DNA of 64,000 bases from Candidatus Poseidoniaceae archaeon (GTDB lineage: Archaea > Thermoplasmatota > Poseidoniia > Poseidoniales > Poseidoniaceae), in contig CBFIJH010000003.1 of assembly GCA_965662895.1 (NCBI GenBank), positions 29,150 through 93,149 of the forward strand. The letters run 5' to 3'. The notes under the pieces are model-generated. The model ran no database searches, was not told where the DNA came from, and was given only the letters and a program-made list of their open reading frames with translations. The position numbers and the translations under genes are program-made. Below are positions 27,945 to 37,421 of this stretch, in pieces; the stretch's first letter is position 1; every line of letters starts with the position of its first letter.

Positions 27945-28685
27945 ATGTTGAACGTCACAGCTCGCCAAGAACTCATGAGCAAGATTTTGGATACACTAAT
28001 GATTGTCGTAGAAGACGCAAGATTTGACTTCGAAGAAGACGGACTAACGGTCCGCGTGGTTGATTCATCGCATGTTGCAATGATCAAATTAACCGTCGAT
28101 GCGGCTGCATTTGATGGATGGGAGTTGGATGAGAAGAAAATCGGCTTGGAAATGAAGAAAATCAGGGAATTGACCTCCCTTGGGGGCTCTGGCGATTTGA
28201 TTGAAATCTCTCATCAAGATGGAGGAGACTTTACGATGAATCTCGGAAAAATCGTCCGTAACCTTCGCCCCCTTGACAACGCAACCATGGCCTCTCCTCC
28301 ATCCTTGCCAAAACTCGAGTTGCCTTGCAAAATTGTCATGAATGGGGCCGAACTTGGACAGGCACTGAAAGCAGCAAAGCAAGTTGGTGATTTGGTTGAA
28401 TTTAGCATCGATGAAAAATCCTTCAAAGTCTACGTCAAGAACAACACGGACTCGGTTGACATCTCCTTCGATAAGGATGAAATGGAAGAATTGGTATGTG
28501 ATGGAGCAGCACGTAGTCAGTACAGCCTCACCTACCTCGAACCGCTCGCACGTCGATTTGGTCCGTCCGATAGCGTTACCATTCAATTTGGTGAAAATTT
28601 CCCACTGGCGATGAACTTCACGTTTGAGGACGGTGCTGGCGAAGTTGACTATTTCCTTGCACCGAGAGTTGAAAGCGATTACTGA
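27945..28685 (+). CDS. pcn: DNA polymerase sliding clamp PCNA
   Basis: VDSSHVAMIKL, SQYSLTYL and YFLAPRVE; 246 aa from ATG 27945 after a GGGGTG SD. Confidence 0.95.
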   Translation: MLNVTARQELMSKILDTLMIVVEDARFDFEEDGLTVRVVDSSHVAMIKLTVDAAAFDGWELDEKKIGLEMKKIRELTSLGGSGDLIEISHQDGGDFTMNLGKIVRNLRPLDNATMASPPSLPKLELPCKIVMNGAELGQALKAAKQVGDLVEFSIDEKSFKVYVKNNTDSVDISFDKDEMEELVCDGAARSQYSLTYLEPLARRFGPSDSVTIQFGENFPLAMNFTFEDGAGEVDYFLAPRVESDY

Positions 28686-29036
28686 TCAGTATTCACGCCA
28701 ACCGTGGCCGCAATCTTTGCATGTCAACATACGAGTTTCAGGTTCGTCAGATGAGCGTGTTTGTTCGAGATAAAAGTACACTTCAGTGCAATCGCACTTT
28801 GGACACATGTAGGATTCGGTTGATAGGACTCCTTTCCTCTGGTCTGAATCTTTGATGATTTCATATTCTCGCTTTTCAGCCTTGGTGGTTGTTTTCGCCT
28901 TTGAGAGATCAATCTCTTTTCCTTCCACTTTCATCTTGACGTTTGCAGGTCCAGTATAACCACACTTGTAGTTCGTACATGTGATGTCACCACTCGGACT
29001 TGGGAAAGACAACGTCCCACATTCAGGGCAAAACAT
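28686..29036 (-). CDS. tfs: Transcription factor S (TFS/RpoM family)
   Basis: N-terminal MFCPECG Zn ribbon and C-terminal CPKC...QTRSSDEPET...CKDCGHGWRE with the acidic DE hairpin. Confidence 0.95.
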   Translation of the reverse strand: MFCPECGTLSFPSPSGDITCTNYKCGYTGPANVKMKVEGKEIDLSKAKTTTKAEKREYEIIKDSDQRKGVLSTESYMCPKCDCTEVYFYLEQTRSSDEPETRMLTCKDCGHGWREY

Positions 29037-29089
29037 GTCAGAGCCATTGGTATTCTACATTTAATCATGATGGTACTGCCCACAGCATA

Positions 29090-29115
29090 GTTTTATTTTT
29101 TGAGGGTAATAAAAC
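29090..29115. promoter_or_regulatory. 8-bp inverted repeat in the divergent tfs / nop5 intergenic region
   Basis: GTTTTATT-N10-AATAAAAC. Confidence 0.4.
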
Positions 29116-29169
29116 GACAGTCAACAAAGGTGTGACAACATTCAATTCCAAGTGAGAAGTGGACGATGT

Positions 29170-30177
29170 ATGTGGCTCTGGTATTCGTGGCAATCAGCAG
29201 CCGTTGTGAACGAAGACGGCAACGTGCTCGATCTTGAAATCAACAATGCTCGATTTTCGGTTCATGGGGCGAAAGACCGCCTTCAGTTGATTGCAAACGG
29301 CCGAATGATTCCAGAAGCGCTCCGTCTTGCAGAACGATTCCCAGAAGCAAAACCAACCCCACATGGTTCTGAAGAGATTCCTGAATTCGACGTCCCATTA
29401 CCGACAGATGATCAACAAGAAGTGGCAGACCAGGCAGCGCTCCTTCTCGCAAAGGAGGGTGTTGCTGTATCAGCGGCTGATCCAGACCGCCGATTGGAAC
29501 ATCTTCTCAAAGCGAGTGAAGAGCTAAGGACACTGCACCTCACAATGGAAGCTCGTCTCATCGAATGGGTTGCACTTTTCCTCCCTACTGCACGATTCGA
29601 AACAAATCGTTCCCAAGTTGCTGGGAAATTACGAGATGTGGAATCACTTTCGGATTTTGCATCGCTATTGGATGTCGAAGATGCATACGAACAACCCGAT
29701 GAAGTGGAGTGGAAAGCACTTCACAACTGGGCAGCGATGGTATCGGAGCAAGGTCGCCAATTGGACCGATTGGAACATGCAATCCGCTTATCCGCCCAAG
29801 CCCATCTTCCGTCGACTTCGATGCTCGTCGGGCCTCTTCTCGCTGCCCGATTGTGCGTTGAAGCTCACGGTCGTTCCCGACTCGCACGCCTCCCCGCGGG
29901 TACTGTCCAAGTCCTTGGGGCAGAGAAGGCGTTCTTCAGTCATCTCCGCAGCGGAACCGCACCGCCAAAGCACGGCCATATTTTCATGCATCCTTGGATC
30001 TCTCGGTCACCTCGTTGGGTGCGAGGAAAGATCGCGCGAATGCTTGCTTCAAAAATTAGTATTGCAGCACGAATCGACGCGTTTCAAGGAACGCCGATGA
30101 CTCAAGACGATGTCAATCGTATTGAAGCAAAGGTGGATGCCATCCGCCAAGAATTCCCGAAGCCTCCGAGGCGCTGA
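29170..30177 (+). CDS. nop5: Box C/D sRNP protein Nop5 (Nop56/58 homolog)
   Basis: GPLLAARL, LARLPAGTVQVLGAEKAFF, PKHGHIF and RGKIARMLASKISIAARIDAF (Nop domain); lies upstream of fibrillarin. Confidence 0.93.
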   Translation: MWLWYSWQSAAVVNEDGNVLDLEINNARFSVHGAKDRLQLIANGRMIPEALRLAERFPEAKPTPHGSEEIPEFDVPLPTDDQQEVADQAALLLAKEGVAVSAADPDRRLEHLLKASEELRTLHLTMEARLIEWVALFLPTARFETNRSQVAGKLRDVESLSDFASLLDVEDAYEQPDEVEWKALHNWAAMVSEQGRQLDRLEHAIRLSAQAHLPSTSMLVGPLLAARLCVEAHGRSRLARLPAGTVQVLGAEKAFFSHLRSGTAPPKHGHIFMHPWISRSPRWVRGKIARMLASKISIAARIDAFQGTPMTQDDVNRIEAKVDAIRQEFPKPPRR

Positions 30178-30186
30178 GGTGATCAA

Positions 30187-30891
30187 ATCGCCAAGAATCG
30201 ACGTATTCGTCCTCTCTCAGACTCCGTTTTACTGGAGGGTCGAAACCTTTGGACCGTGAACGCAAATCCTGGTGTGTCGGTTCGTGGTGAGTCCTTACGC
30301 AAATTTCGTGGAGTTGAGCATCGTCGATGGGACCCAAACCGTTCGAAGTTGAGTGCTGGAATTTTGCGAACCAGAAACAATCCGTCGAGTTTGTTACCCC
30401 ATCCTGGTTCAACCGTCCTCTATTTGGGGGCTGGTCATGGTACGACCATCTCGCATTTGCATGATCATCTCTGTGGGTCAGATAATCAACACAACGGTCG
30501 TCTTGTCGCTGTTGATTTAGCGCCTCGATGTTTACGAGATTTGACACATTTGGCGGAGTCGAGACCAGGTTTGGTACCTGTTCTGGGCGATGCAAGAACA
30601 TTTGATGCGTGGGGGGTACTGATACCTTCTCGTGTTGACTGGTTGTTTCAAGATGTGGCTCAAGCAGGGCAAGTTGAGATTTTTCTATCAGCAGTGCGAC
30701 GTTTTTTGAGTAAGGATGGCATTGGTCTCTTGTCTCTCAAAGCGGCAAGTGAACGTCATCAGGAAGGTGGAGATGCTGACATTTTCGCAAATGCAATTGA
30801 AAAATTGTCCAATGAAGTTGAACTTCTCGAGCACGTCAATCTGACTGGATTTGAAGACCAACATGCCCTCTTTGTAATCCGAAGGAGGTGA
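30187..30891 (+). CDS. flpA: Fibrillarin-like rRNA/tRNA 2'-O-methyltransferase (probable non-canonical ATC start; first GTG at 30256)
   Basis: RWDPNRSKL, VLYLGAGHGTTISHL, DAR and FQDVAQ motifs. The frame is open from the nop5 stop, and GAGGTGA lies 4 nt before ATC 30187. Confidence 0.88.
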   Translation: MAKNRRIRPLSDSVLLEGRNLWTVNANPGVSVRGESLRKFRGVEHRRWDPNRSKLSAGILRTRNNPSSLLPHPGSTVLYLGAGHGTTISHLHDHLCGSDNQHNGRLVAVDLAPRCLRDLTHLAESRPGLVPVLGDARTFDAWGVLIPSRVDWLFQDVAQAGQVEIFLSAVRRFLSKDGIGLLSLKAASERHQEGGDADIFANAIEKLSNEVELLEHVNLTGFEDQHALFVIRRR

Positions 30892-30895
30892 TATT

Positions 30896-31801
30896 CTGCC
30901 AGAATTGCCAGAGGTTGAAACCGTTCGTCGAGGATTGGAACAAGCCATGGTTGGCAAATCAATGACAGAGGTTATCCTTCGACGCGAAAATCTGAGGTTT
31001 CCATTTCCAGACAACTTTGCAGATCGCATTAAGGGGAACAAGGTCGATTCAATCCGTCGCCGAGCAAAGTATCTTCTCATTGACCTCGAGGATGGCCAGA
31101 TTATCCTTTCTCATCTCGGAATGTCCGGTCGTTACACTCTTTTTGATTCGGCCAAAGTCAATCAATTCCAAACCGATGCGGATTCAGAGCGAACATCACG
31201 GTTTGGTTCAGCAACTGGCTTTGAAGGACGACATGACCACGTCGAGTTTCGTTTTGACGATGGAAGTGTCGCTGTGTACACCGATCCAAGGCGATTTGGC
31301 ATCATGGATTTAATCGATGTTGGTGAAGAACCCATCCATCCTTTACTCGAGTCGTTAGGTCCTGAACCGTTCGATGATTGGAACTCAAAACAACTCGCAC
31401 GGAAATTGCACAAAAAGACATCGAGCATCAAGGTCGCTTTGCTGGATCAGCGTGTCGTGGTTGGTGTTGGGAACATATATGCATGCGAAGCGCTTTATCG
31501 GAGTGGAATTCATCCTCAACGACAGAGCAAAACGCTGGTTCGTAAGGATGGAAAACCAACAAAGAAACTGGATGTGCTTGTTCAAAATGTTGTTGAAGTG
31601 CTTGAGCAGGCGGTCCAAGTCGGAGGCAGCTCCTTGAACGACTTTGCCGATGTGAATGGAACATTGGGTTATTTTGGTCACCATTTTCAAGCCTACGATC
31701 GAGAGGACGAACCTTGTTTGAAACCCAAATGTGGTGGAACAATTGAGCGCATAACCCAATCCGGGCGTTCGACATTCCTTTGCCCGCGTTGCCAACGTTA
31801 A
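30896..31801 (+). CDS. mutM: Formamidopyrimidine-DNA glycosylase (Fpg/MutM), CTG start
   Basis: CTG CCA GAA TTG CCA GAG GTT GAA reads (M)PELPEVE; RRAKYL, HLGMSG, DPRRFG, LLDQ..V.GVGNIYACE and a C-terminal Zn finger CLKPKC...CPRCQ. Confidence 0.95.
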   Translation: MPELPEVETVRRGLEQAMVGKSMTEVILRRENLRFPFPDNFADRIKGNKVDSIRRRAKYLLIDLEDGQIILSHLGMSGRYTLFDSAKVNQFQTDADSERTSRFGSATGFEGRHDHVEFRFDDGSVAVYTDPRRFGIMDLIDVGEEPIHPLLESLGPEPFDDWNSKQLARKLHKKTSSIKVALLDQRVVVGVGNIYACEALYRSGIHPQRQSKTLVRKDGKPTKKLDVLVQNVVEVLEQAVQVGGSSLNDFADVNGTLGYFGHHFQAYDREDEPCLKPKCGGTIERITQSGRSTFLCPRCQR

Positions 31802-32415
31802 GCGGAAACGATTCCGAGCAACACAGTCGTTGCAAATCCCCAGAGAACCAGAGCTGTTATTCGATTGACGAACGCTCCGTTTGCTCGCAACCAATCAAGA
31901 AGGGCAGTTCCGGTTAAGAAAACTGCAACCAATACATACCATACCATGTCGATCGCCATACCGACAAAACCAATGACGAGTTTTGTCTCAAGACTCATCC
32001 CTGATTCGAGAACTTGTGCGAGTACGGCGACAAGAAAGAGAGCAATTTTTGGATTAAAAAAAGCAATCGAAAATCCTTCGAGAAATCCTTTTGCTTCTCC
32101 ATGAATCGTTTGACTTTCTCCTTTGGCGTTATGATTCCACATTAACCACCCATACCAAGCCAGCAATCCAATGCCAATCCATTGCAGGATCAGAAAGATG
32201 CCGGGTGCTTCTTCGAGAAGGACGATCAAACCGAATATTGCAATTCCAGCGTAGAGTCCAAAACCAATACCATGGCCGACCGCGCATAAAACTCCTCGAC
32301 GCCGGCCCCCTACAATCGTATTGCGAATCACCATCAAGAGGCTCGGACCCGGCGAGATTGCTCCGAGGAAAAAGACCGTACTTGCAGCAAGAATGGCTTC
32401 CCAAGCAAGGTCCAT
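31798..32415 (-). CDS. LysE/RhtB family amino-acid exporter
   Basis: SPGPS motif, FLEGFSIAFFNPK and about 6 TM helices. Confidence 0.9.
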   Translation of the reverse strand: MDLAWEAILAASTVFFLGAISPGPSLLMVIRNTIVGGRRRGVLCAVGHGIGFGLYAGIAIFGLIVLLEEAPGIFLILQWIGIGLLAWYGWLMWNHNAKGESQTIHGEAKGFLEGFSIAFFNPKIALFLVAVLAQVLESGMSLETKLVIGFVGMAIDMVWYVLVAVFLTGTALLDWLRANGAFVNRITALVLWGFATTVLLGIVSA

Positions 32416-32449
32416 GTTTCCTCGGCGGAATCAAACTTCTTGATTGCTT

Positions 32450-32614
32450 TCATAGCAAGAAGAAGGTATAGCCGCCTTTCCATGGATCCAGTTCTGCATT
32501 TGTCTTTGCAGTGGCCTCAGCATAAATCGATGTGTATTTTCTACTCTGCATAGTTTTGAGCACGGCACGCAAAAAAGCCTCGTTCGACTGGGTTTGTTCT
32601 TCACTGTTCGCCAT
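32450..32614 (-). CDS. Putative 54-aa small protein (not in the ORF track)
   Basis: MANSEEQTQSNEAFLRAVLKTMQSRKYTSIYAEATAKTNAELDPWKGGYTFFLL*. TTGATAA box at -29 matches other gene starts in the window. Confidence 0.45.
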   Translation of the reverse strand: MANSEEQTQSNEAFLRAVLKTMQSRKYTSIYAEATAKTNAELDPWKGGYTFFLL

Positions 32615-32692
32615 GTACTGAAATCCGCATCAATGGTTATCAATGTTTCTTTATTTCGTTCATACAACAAAATATTTTGCCACTTTCCGGAA

Positions 32693-33904
32693 CTATCCTC
32701 GAATACGCTTTAATTTCTGAGATGCGAGTTTCTTCATTGAGGTTGTGCTTGTTGATTTACGATATATCCTGAATCCCGTTGGCCCAGGGAGACGAAGATG
32801 TTGTTCGGAAGGGTCTGTTCCTGGGCCGAGCAATATCGTCTTGTCAATATTTTTCGTATCCTTGGAAGAAAACACGACGTGACGTGGCATCGATTCGAAA
32901 TCGAAGTCATCCAAATCCTCCTGAAGAACGACCCCAGCCATCTTGAGTTTGCGCTTCGCTCGAAGTGCAGAGACCGCTTCTTTTCGGTGCGAAGAACGGA
33001 GGATGTCAAGTCCAAAGTGTGTCCCAATCTTCGCTTCACGACAATCTGGGACATCGAACCACCGATCCGAACGAAGCGTCGTTTGTTTGACGATTTGTAG
33101 CGTTTTGATGTCGATGGCAGCAAGGCCTGGTGAAACGTGGTTGTAAGCTCCCACATCCATTGCAATCCAAGCAGGACGTCCATCATGGAGTCGTATGTCA
33201 CTTTGAGCGACTGAACCAGGATTTGGGCCGACTTTGGTCGTCGTCGAATGGCCGAAGATTACGGTACGATTTGGATCGACTGCATATTCGTGCGCGTAAA
33301 ATCGTTTTCGAATCCAAAGCAGTTCCTTATCTCCTTGAAGATCCAGAGGCATTCGAGGGTCATAACCTGCGTGAACAAGTCGTATGTCATCAAGGACAAT
33401 ATGGTTCGGAAGGTTGTCCATCCACATCAAGTCCTTCGCAAACTGTCTCTTCGCTTCGTACAAATCGCCACTCGCTCGAACAATATACGACCCCCATGTT
33501 GAGCGCCCACCGCGTTCAAGCCAAGGTTGCCACAACTCGACCTGCCCATCTTCTTGAAGTGATGTTATTGCCATCAGCTCATGGTTCCCTTTCAGACAGA
33601 TGATTTGAGGATGAGAGCGAATGTAGTCAACCAATCCTGCAGAATCTGGACCCCGGTCGATCATGTCTCCAAGGCAAACGACACGATCTTCAGGGTCGAG
33701 TTTCAAACGATGGATAAGTGCACGAAACGTACCGAGATGACCATGCACGTCGCCGATGGCCCACACTTTCCGGCCCTGATCCAAGCGTCCTTGAAGGTCC
33801 GCTTCAATGTGAGCATCTCTAAACGACGGGCCCAATGGAAGGTCCAATTTGCATCCCACGGTTTTCACCAGAGAAGAGTTTCCTCTTCGATACGCACTTA
33901 ACAA
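32693..33904 (-). CDS. Metallophosphoesterase (PrpA/ApaH-like Ser/Thr phosphatase family) with C-terminal extension
   Basis: GDVHG, GDMIDRG, GNHE, HAG and FGHS motifs. Start uncertain. Confidence 0.85.
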   Translation of the reverse strand: MLSAYRRGNSSLVKTVGCKLDLPLGPSFRDAHIEADLQGRLDQGRKVWAIGDVHGHLGTFRALIHRLKLDPEDRVVCLGDMIDRGPDSAGLVDYIRSHPQIICLKGNHELMAITSLQEDGQVELWQPWLERGGRSTWGSYIVRASGDLYEAKRQFAKDLMWMDNLPNHIVLDDIRLVHAGYDPRMPLDLQGDKELLWIRKRFYAHEYAVDPNRTVIFGHSTTTKVGPNPGSVAQSDIRLHDGRPAWIAMDVGAYNHVSPGLAAIDIKTLQIVKQTTLRSDRWFDVPDCREAKIGTHFGLDILRSSHRKEAVSALRAKRKLKMAGVVLQEDLDDFDFESMPRHVVFSSKDTKNIDKTILLGPGTDPSEQHLRLPGPTGFRIYRKSTSTTSMKKLASQKLKRIRG

Positions 33905-34046
33905 TGAGGATATATTGTCTTCGCTTCATTTGAGGGTAAAAAGTGTCGATTTTCTGACCTTTTTCGATTTTTCAGTGATTAAAAACTCCATTCTCTGGAA
34001 GATGATGTAATAAAAAAATATCAATATTCTATGTTTTTGAAAAGCA

Positions 34047-37000
34047 TCACATGTTTCGACGGTATTGTCCACCAACTCGGAACAATGCTTCTGTAATCTG
34101 TCCAAGGCTTGCAACCTTGACAGTTTCCATCAACTCTTCGAAGACGTTTCCACCTGTCCGTGCAACTTCCTGCAGTTGAGCGAGAGCGGCCGTTGTAGCA
34201 TCACCTTCCTTTGTTTGACGATCTTCAGTTCGTTCAAGACAGGCTTGCTTTTCTTCAGGAGTAGCTCGAGCCAATTCCATTTCGAAATCATCCGCACTTG
34301 ATTCATCGAAGACTTGTGCGTTGGGATTCTGGAAGGTGTTGACACCAATAATTGGAAGCGTTCCATCGTGCTTGAGGTGCTCGTAATACATCGATTCATC
34401 CTGAATCTTTCCACGTTGGTACATGGTCTCCATTGCGCCGAGAACGCCCCCACGTCGAGAGATGGCTTCGAATTCTTCGAGAACAGCTGCTTCAACGAGG
34501 TCTGTGAGTTCATCAACGATGAATGCGCCCTGCAATGGATTCTCGGTCTTGGTCCAACCGGATTCCTTGTTGACAATGAGTTGGATAGCCAATGCACGTC
34601 GTACGGATTCCTCGGTTGGTGTCGTAATCGCTTCATCGTATGCGTTGGTGTGCAAGGAGTTGGCATTGTCCTGGATGGCGAGAAGCGCTTGCAGAGTTGT
34701 ACGAATATCGTTGAAGTCGATTTCCTGAGCGTGGAGTGAACGACCTGATGTTTGGATGTGGTACTTCAGTTTCTGAGAGCGTTCGTTGGCTCCGTACAAG
34801 TCACGCATGGCAACTGCCCAGATGCGTCGGGCAACTCGACCAATGACGGTGTATTCTGGATCCAATCCATTGCTGAAGAAGAACGAAAGGTTTGGAGCAA
34901 ACTTGTCAATGTCCATGCCTCGGCTCCGATAGTATTCGACGTAGGTAAAGCCGTTTGCAAGCGTAAGGGCAAGTTGCGTGATTGGGTTTGCACCTGCTTC
35001 TGCGATGTGATAGCCACTGATGGATACGGAGTAGTGGTTGCGCACGTTATGGTCGATGTAGTATTGCTGAACATCGCCCATGAGTTTGAGGGCAAACGGT
35101 GTCGAGAAGATGCACGTGTTCTGTGCTTGATCTTCCTTGAGGATGTCTGCCTGAACGGTTCCACGAACGGTTGAGAGCGTTCGTGCTTTGATTTCAGCAT
35201 AGGTTTCAGCATCAACCAATTCATCGCCACGACGTCCGACAGTTCCTAGACCGAATCCATTGTGTCCTTCTGGAAGTTTTCCACGATAGGCAACATCGAG
35301 TGGTTCGATGGATTTGCCTTGTTCTTCGAGATGTTTCTCGACTTGTTGATCAATGGCTGCATTGAGGAAGAATGCGAGTAGGATAGGAGCAGGTCCGTTG
35401 ATGGTCATCGAGACCGATGTGTTCGGGTCGCATAGATCGAATCCTGAATAGAGACGTTTTGCATCATCGCATGTTGCAATACTGACCCCTGAGTTTCCGA
35501 CCTTGCCCCAAATGTCTGGGCGGAGGGCAGGGTCACGACCGTAGAGCGTAACGGAGTCGAATGCAGTTGACAATCGAACGTAGTCTTGTCCCTGACTGAG
35601 GTAGTGGAATCGTCGGTTCGTTCGCTCAGGTTCACCTTCTCCGGCAAACATGCGAGCGCTCAGTTCATCGGTTCGCTTGAACGGGAAGACCCCAGCGGTG
35701 TATGGGAAATGACCAGGAGCATTCTCTTTGCTCAACCATTCGAACAGTTCACCATCATCCGCAAACGTTGGTAATGCAACGCGTGAAATGTTGGAATGAG
35801 CCAGCGATTCGGTCGTCGTTTGAACCGAGAATGGCTTGCCTCGAACGTGGTACGTGTATTCCCCACTTCGATATTCATCAGCAAGTTTTCGATAGTTGGC
35901 AAGATCTTCACGAGCCGTTTCAATCTCTTCGAGAAGTTCTGTAATTTGGTCGTCAACATCCTTCGCAATCGATGGAATGTGTTCCTTTGCAGATTCAAGG
36001 TGCTGGCAAAGGCGGAGTTTCTGCGCAATGGCCGTGTTCTCCTCGTGATAGGTTCGAATGGTCGCTGCAATATCGGATAGGTAATGTACTCGTTCTGGTG
36101 GAATAACACCCTTACGCTCACCAACAATTTCCATCGGCTTGCGTGCCTCAAATCCGACCATGGTTGAGAGTTTTTGCCACAATGCATCGACACCAGGGTC
36201 TGCAAACTGGCTTGCAATGGTTGCAACAACGGGGAGTTCCTCATCAGAAACATCGAAAAGATTTCGGTTGCGACGAACTTGTTTTCGAATGGCTCGAAGT
36301 GCATCTTCACTTCCACGCTTCTCGTATTTGTTGAGAACAACCAAATCGGCAACATCGAGCATCTCGATTTTTTCGAGTTGTGTATGAGCGCCGAATTCTG
36401 CCGTCATCACATACAGTGAGCGGTCCGCAACGGATGTGATGGCATCGCTTCCTTGACCGATTCCACTTGTCTCACAGAAGATGAGATCGAATCCAACAGC
36501 CTTTGCAACGTCGATGGCTCGATCGAGATTGGCACTGATTTCTGAACCACTTCCGCGACTAGCAAGGCTTCGCATGTAGAGGTCGTTGTTGGAGAGGGAA
36601 TTCATTCGAATGCGGTCGCCAAGAAGTGCGCCTCCAGTCCGCTTCCGAGTCGGATCAACACAGAGCAAGCAGACTTTCTTGCCAGGATTGTCTCGCTGTA
36701 TGCGGAGCATCAATTCATCGAGCAGGCTTGACTTTCCTGCACCGCCTGTTCCTGTGAATCCAATGACAGGGACATCGTTGGATGAGGAACGACAGGCATC
36801 GAGCGTCTGCGTGAAGGTCGCTTCATCGGCGGATTCGGAGAGTGTGAGAAGAAGTCCAACCTTGGCCATATCTTCGGGCGTAACTGGGCCATCGAGGCTC
36901 TTCATTCGAGCATCGGATGTCAGATCAACTTCCTGTGCGATGCCCATCAGATGGTGAATCATGCCGAAGAGACCCATGGCTCGTCCATCATCAGGTGAGT

Positions 37001-37379
37001 AAATCTTGGAGATGCCTGCTTGGTGCAGTTCTCGAATTTCTGGAGGCGTTATGGTTCCACCTCCACCACCAAAGATACGAACGTGCTCGCATCCTGCTTC
37101 ATCTAGAAGTTGTCGAATGTATGTGAAATACTCTACGTGGCCACCCTGATAGGAGGTTAGAGCAACAGCATGTGCATCTTCCTGAATGGCACAATCAACC
37201 ACATCTTTTGCTGACCGATCATGACCTAAGTGGATGACTTCAGCACCCGAAGATTGAATCAATCTTCGCATGACGTTGATGGCGGCATCATGACCATCAA
37301 ACAGGGATGCTGCAGTGATGACACGTACCGGTCCTGTGCTTGTTTCAAACACCGGTTGCTCTTCAGCATCTTCGGCCAT
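34047..37379 (-). CDS. icmF: Fused isobutyryl-CoA mutase / MeaB-type GTPase chaperone (IcmF)
   Basis: N-terminal B12-binding DGHD domain, GTPase GTGGAGKSS, ETSGIGQ and NKYE, then mutase domain RMFAGEG (Phe specificity residue), GTVQADILKE and SISGYHIAEAG. Confidence 0.92.
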   Translation of the reverse strand: MAEDAEEQPVFETSTGPVRVITAASLFDGHDAAINVMRRLIQSSGAEVIHLGHDRSAKDVVDCAIQEDAHAVALTSYQGGHVEYFTYIRQLLDEAGCEHVRIFGGGGGTITPPEIRELHQAGISKIYSPDDGRAMGLFGMIHHLMGIAQEVDLTSDARMKSLDGPVTPEDMAKVGLLLTLSESADEATFTQTLDACRSSSNDVPVIGFTGTGGAGKSSLLDELMLRIQRDNPGKKVCLLCVDPTRKRTGGALLGDRIRMNSLSNNDLYMRSLASRGSGSEISANLDRAIDVAKAVGFDLIFCETSGIGQGSDAITSVADRSLYVMTAEFGAHTQLEKIEMLDVADLVVLNKYEKRGSEDALRAIRKQVRRNRNLFDVSDEELPVVATIASQFADPGVDALWQKLSTMVGFEARKPMEIVGERKGVIPPERVHYLSDIAATIRTYHEENTAIAQKLRLCQHLESAKEHIPSIAKDVDDQITELLEEIETAREDLANYRKLADEYRSGEYTYHVRGKPFSVQTTTESLAHSNISRVALPTFADDGELFEWLSKENAPGHFPYTAGVFPFKRTDELSARMFAGEGEPERTNRRFHYLSQGQDYVRLSTAFDSVTLYGRDPALRPDIWGKVGNSGVSIATCDDAKRLYSGFDLCDPNTSVSMTINGPAPILLAFFLNAAIDQQVEKHLEEQGKSIEPLDVAYRGKLPEGHNGFGLGTVGRRGDELVDAETYAEIKARTLSTVRGTVQADILKEDQAQNTCIFSTPFALKLMGDVQQYYIDHNVRNHYSVSISGYHIAEAGANPITQLALTLANGFTYVEYYRSRGMDIDKFAPNLSFFFSNGLDPEYTVIGRVARRIWAVAMRDLYGANERSQKLKYHIQTSGRSLHAQEIDFNDIRTTLQALLAIQDNANSLHTNAYDEAITTPTEESVRRALAIQLIVNKESGWTKTENPLQGAFIVDELTDLVEAAVLEEFEAISRRGGVLGAMETMYQRGKIQDESMYYEHLKHDGTLPIIGVNTFQNPNAQVFDESSADDFEMELARATPEEKQACLERTEDRQTKEGDATTAALAQLQEVARTGGNVFEELMETVKVASLGQITEALFRVGGQYRRNM

Positions 37380-37421
37380 GAACATCCGAAGCAAATGGAG
37401 TTCATGAAATCAAGGGTGCGT

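Noticed and set aside
30175-30177. Selenocysteine recoding of the nop5 UGA
   Set aside because: No SECIS-like element was noticed and the codon is not at a catalytic Cys position. Nop5 ends at its normal C-terminal position, and the SD geometry favours re-initiation.
32431-32670. 79-aa minus-strand TTG ORF
   Set aside because: No motifs; the alternative-frame 54-aa ATG ORF fits the local promoter geometry better.
33905-34046. AT-rich intergenic stretch as a replication origin or ncRNA
   Set aside because: No ORB repeats or cdc6 nearby and no clear C/D boxes. It is consistent with a terminator/promoter region.
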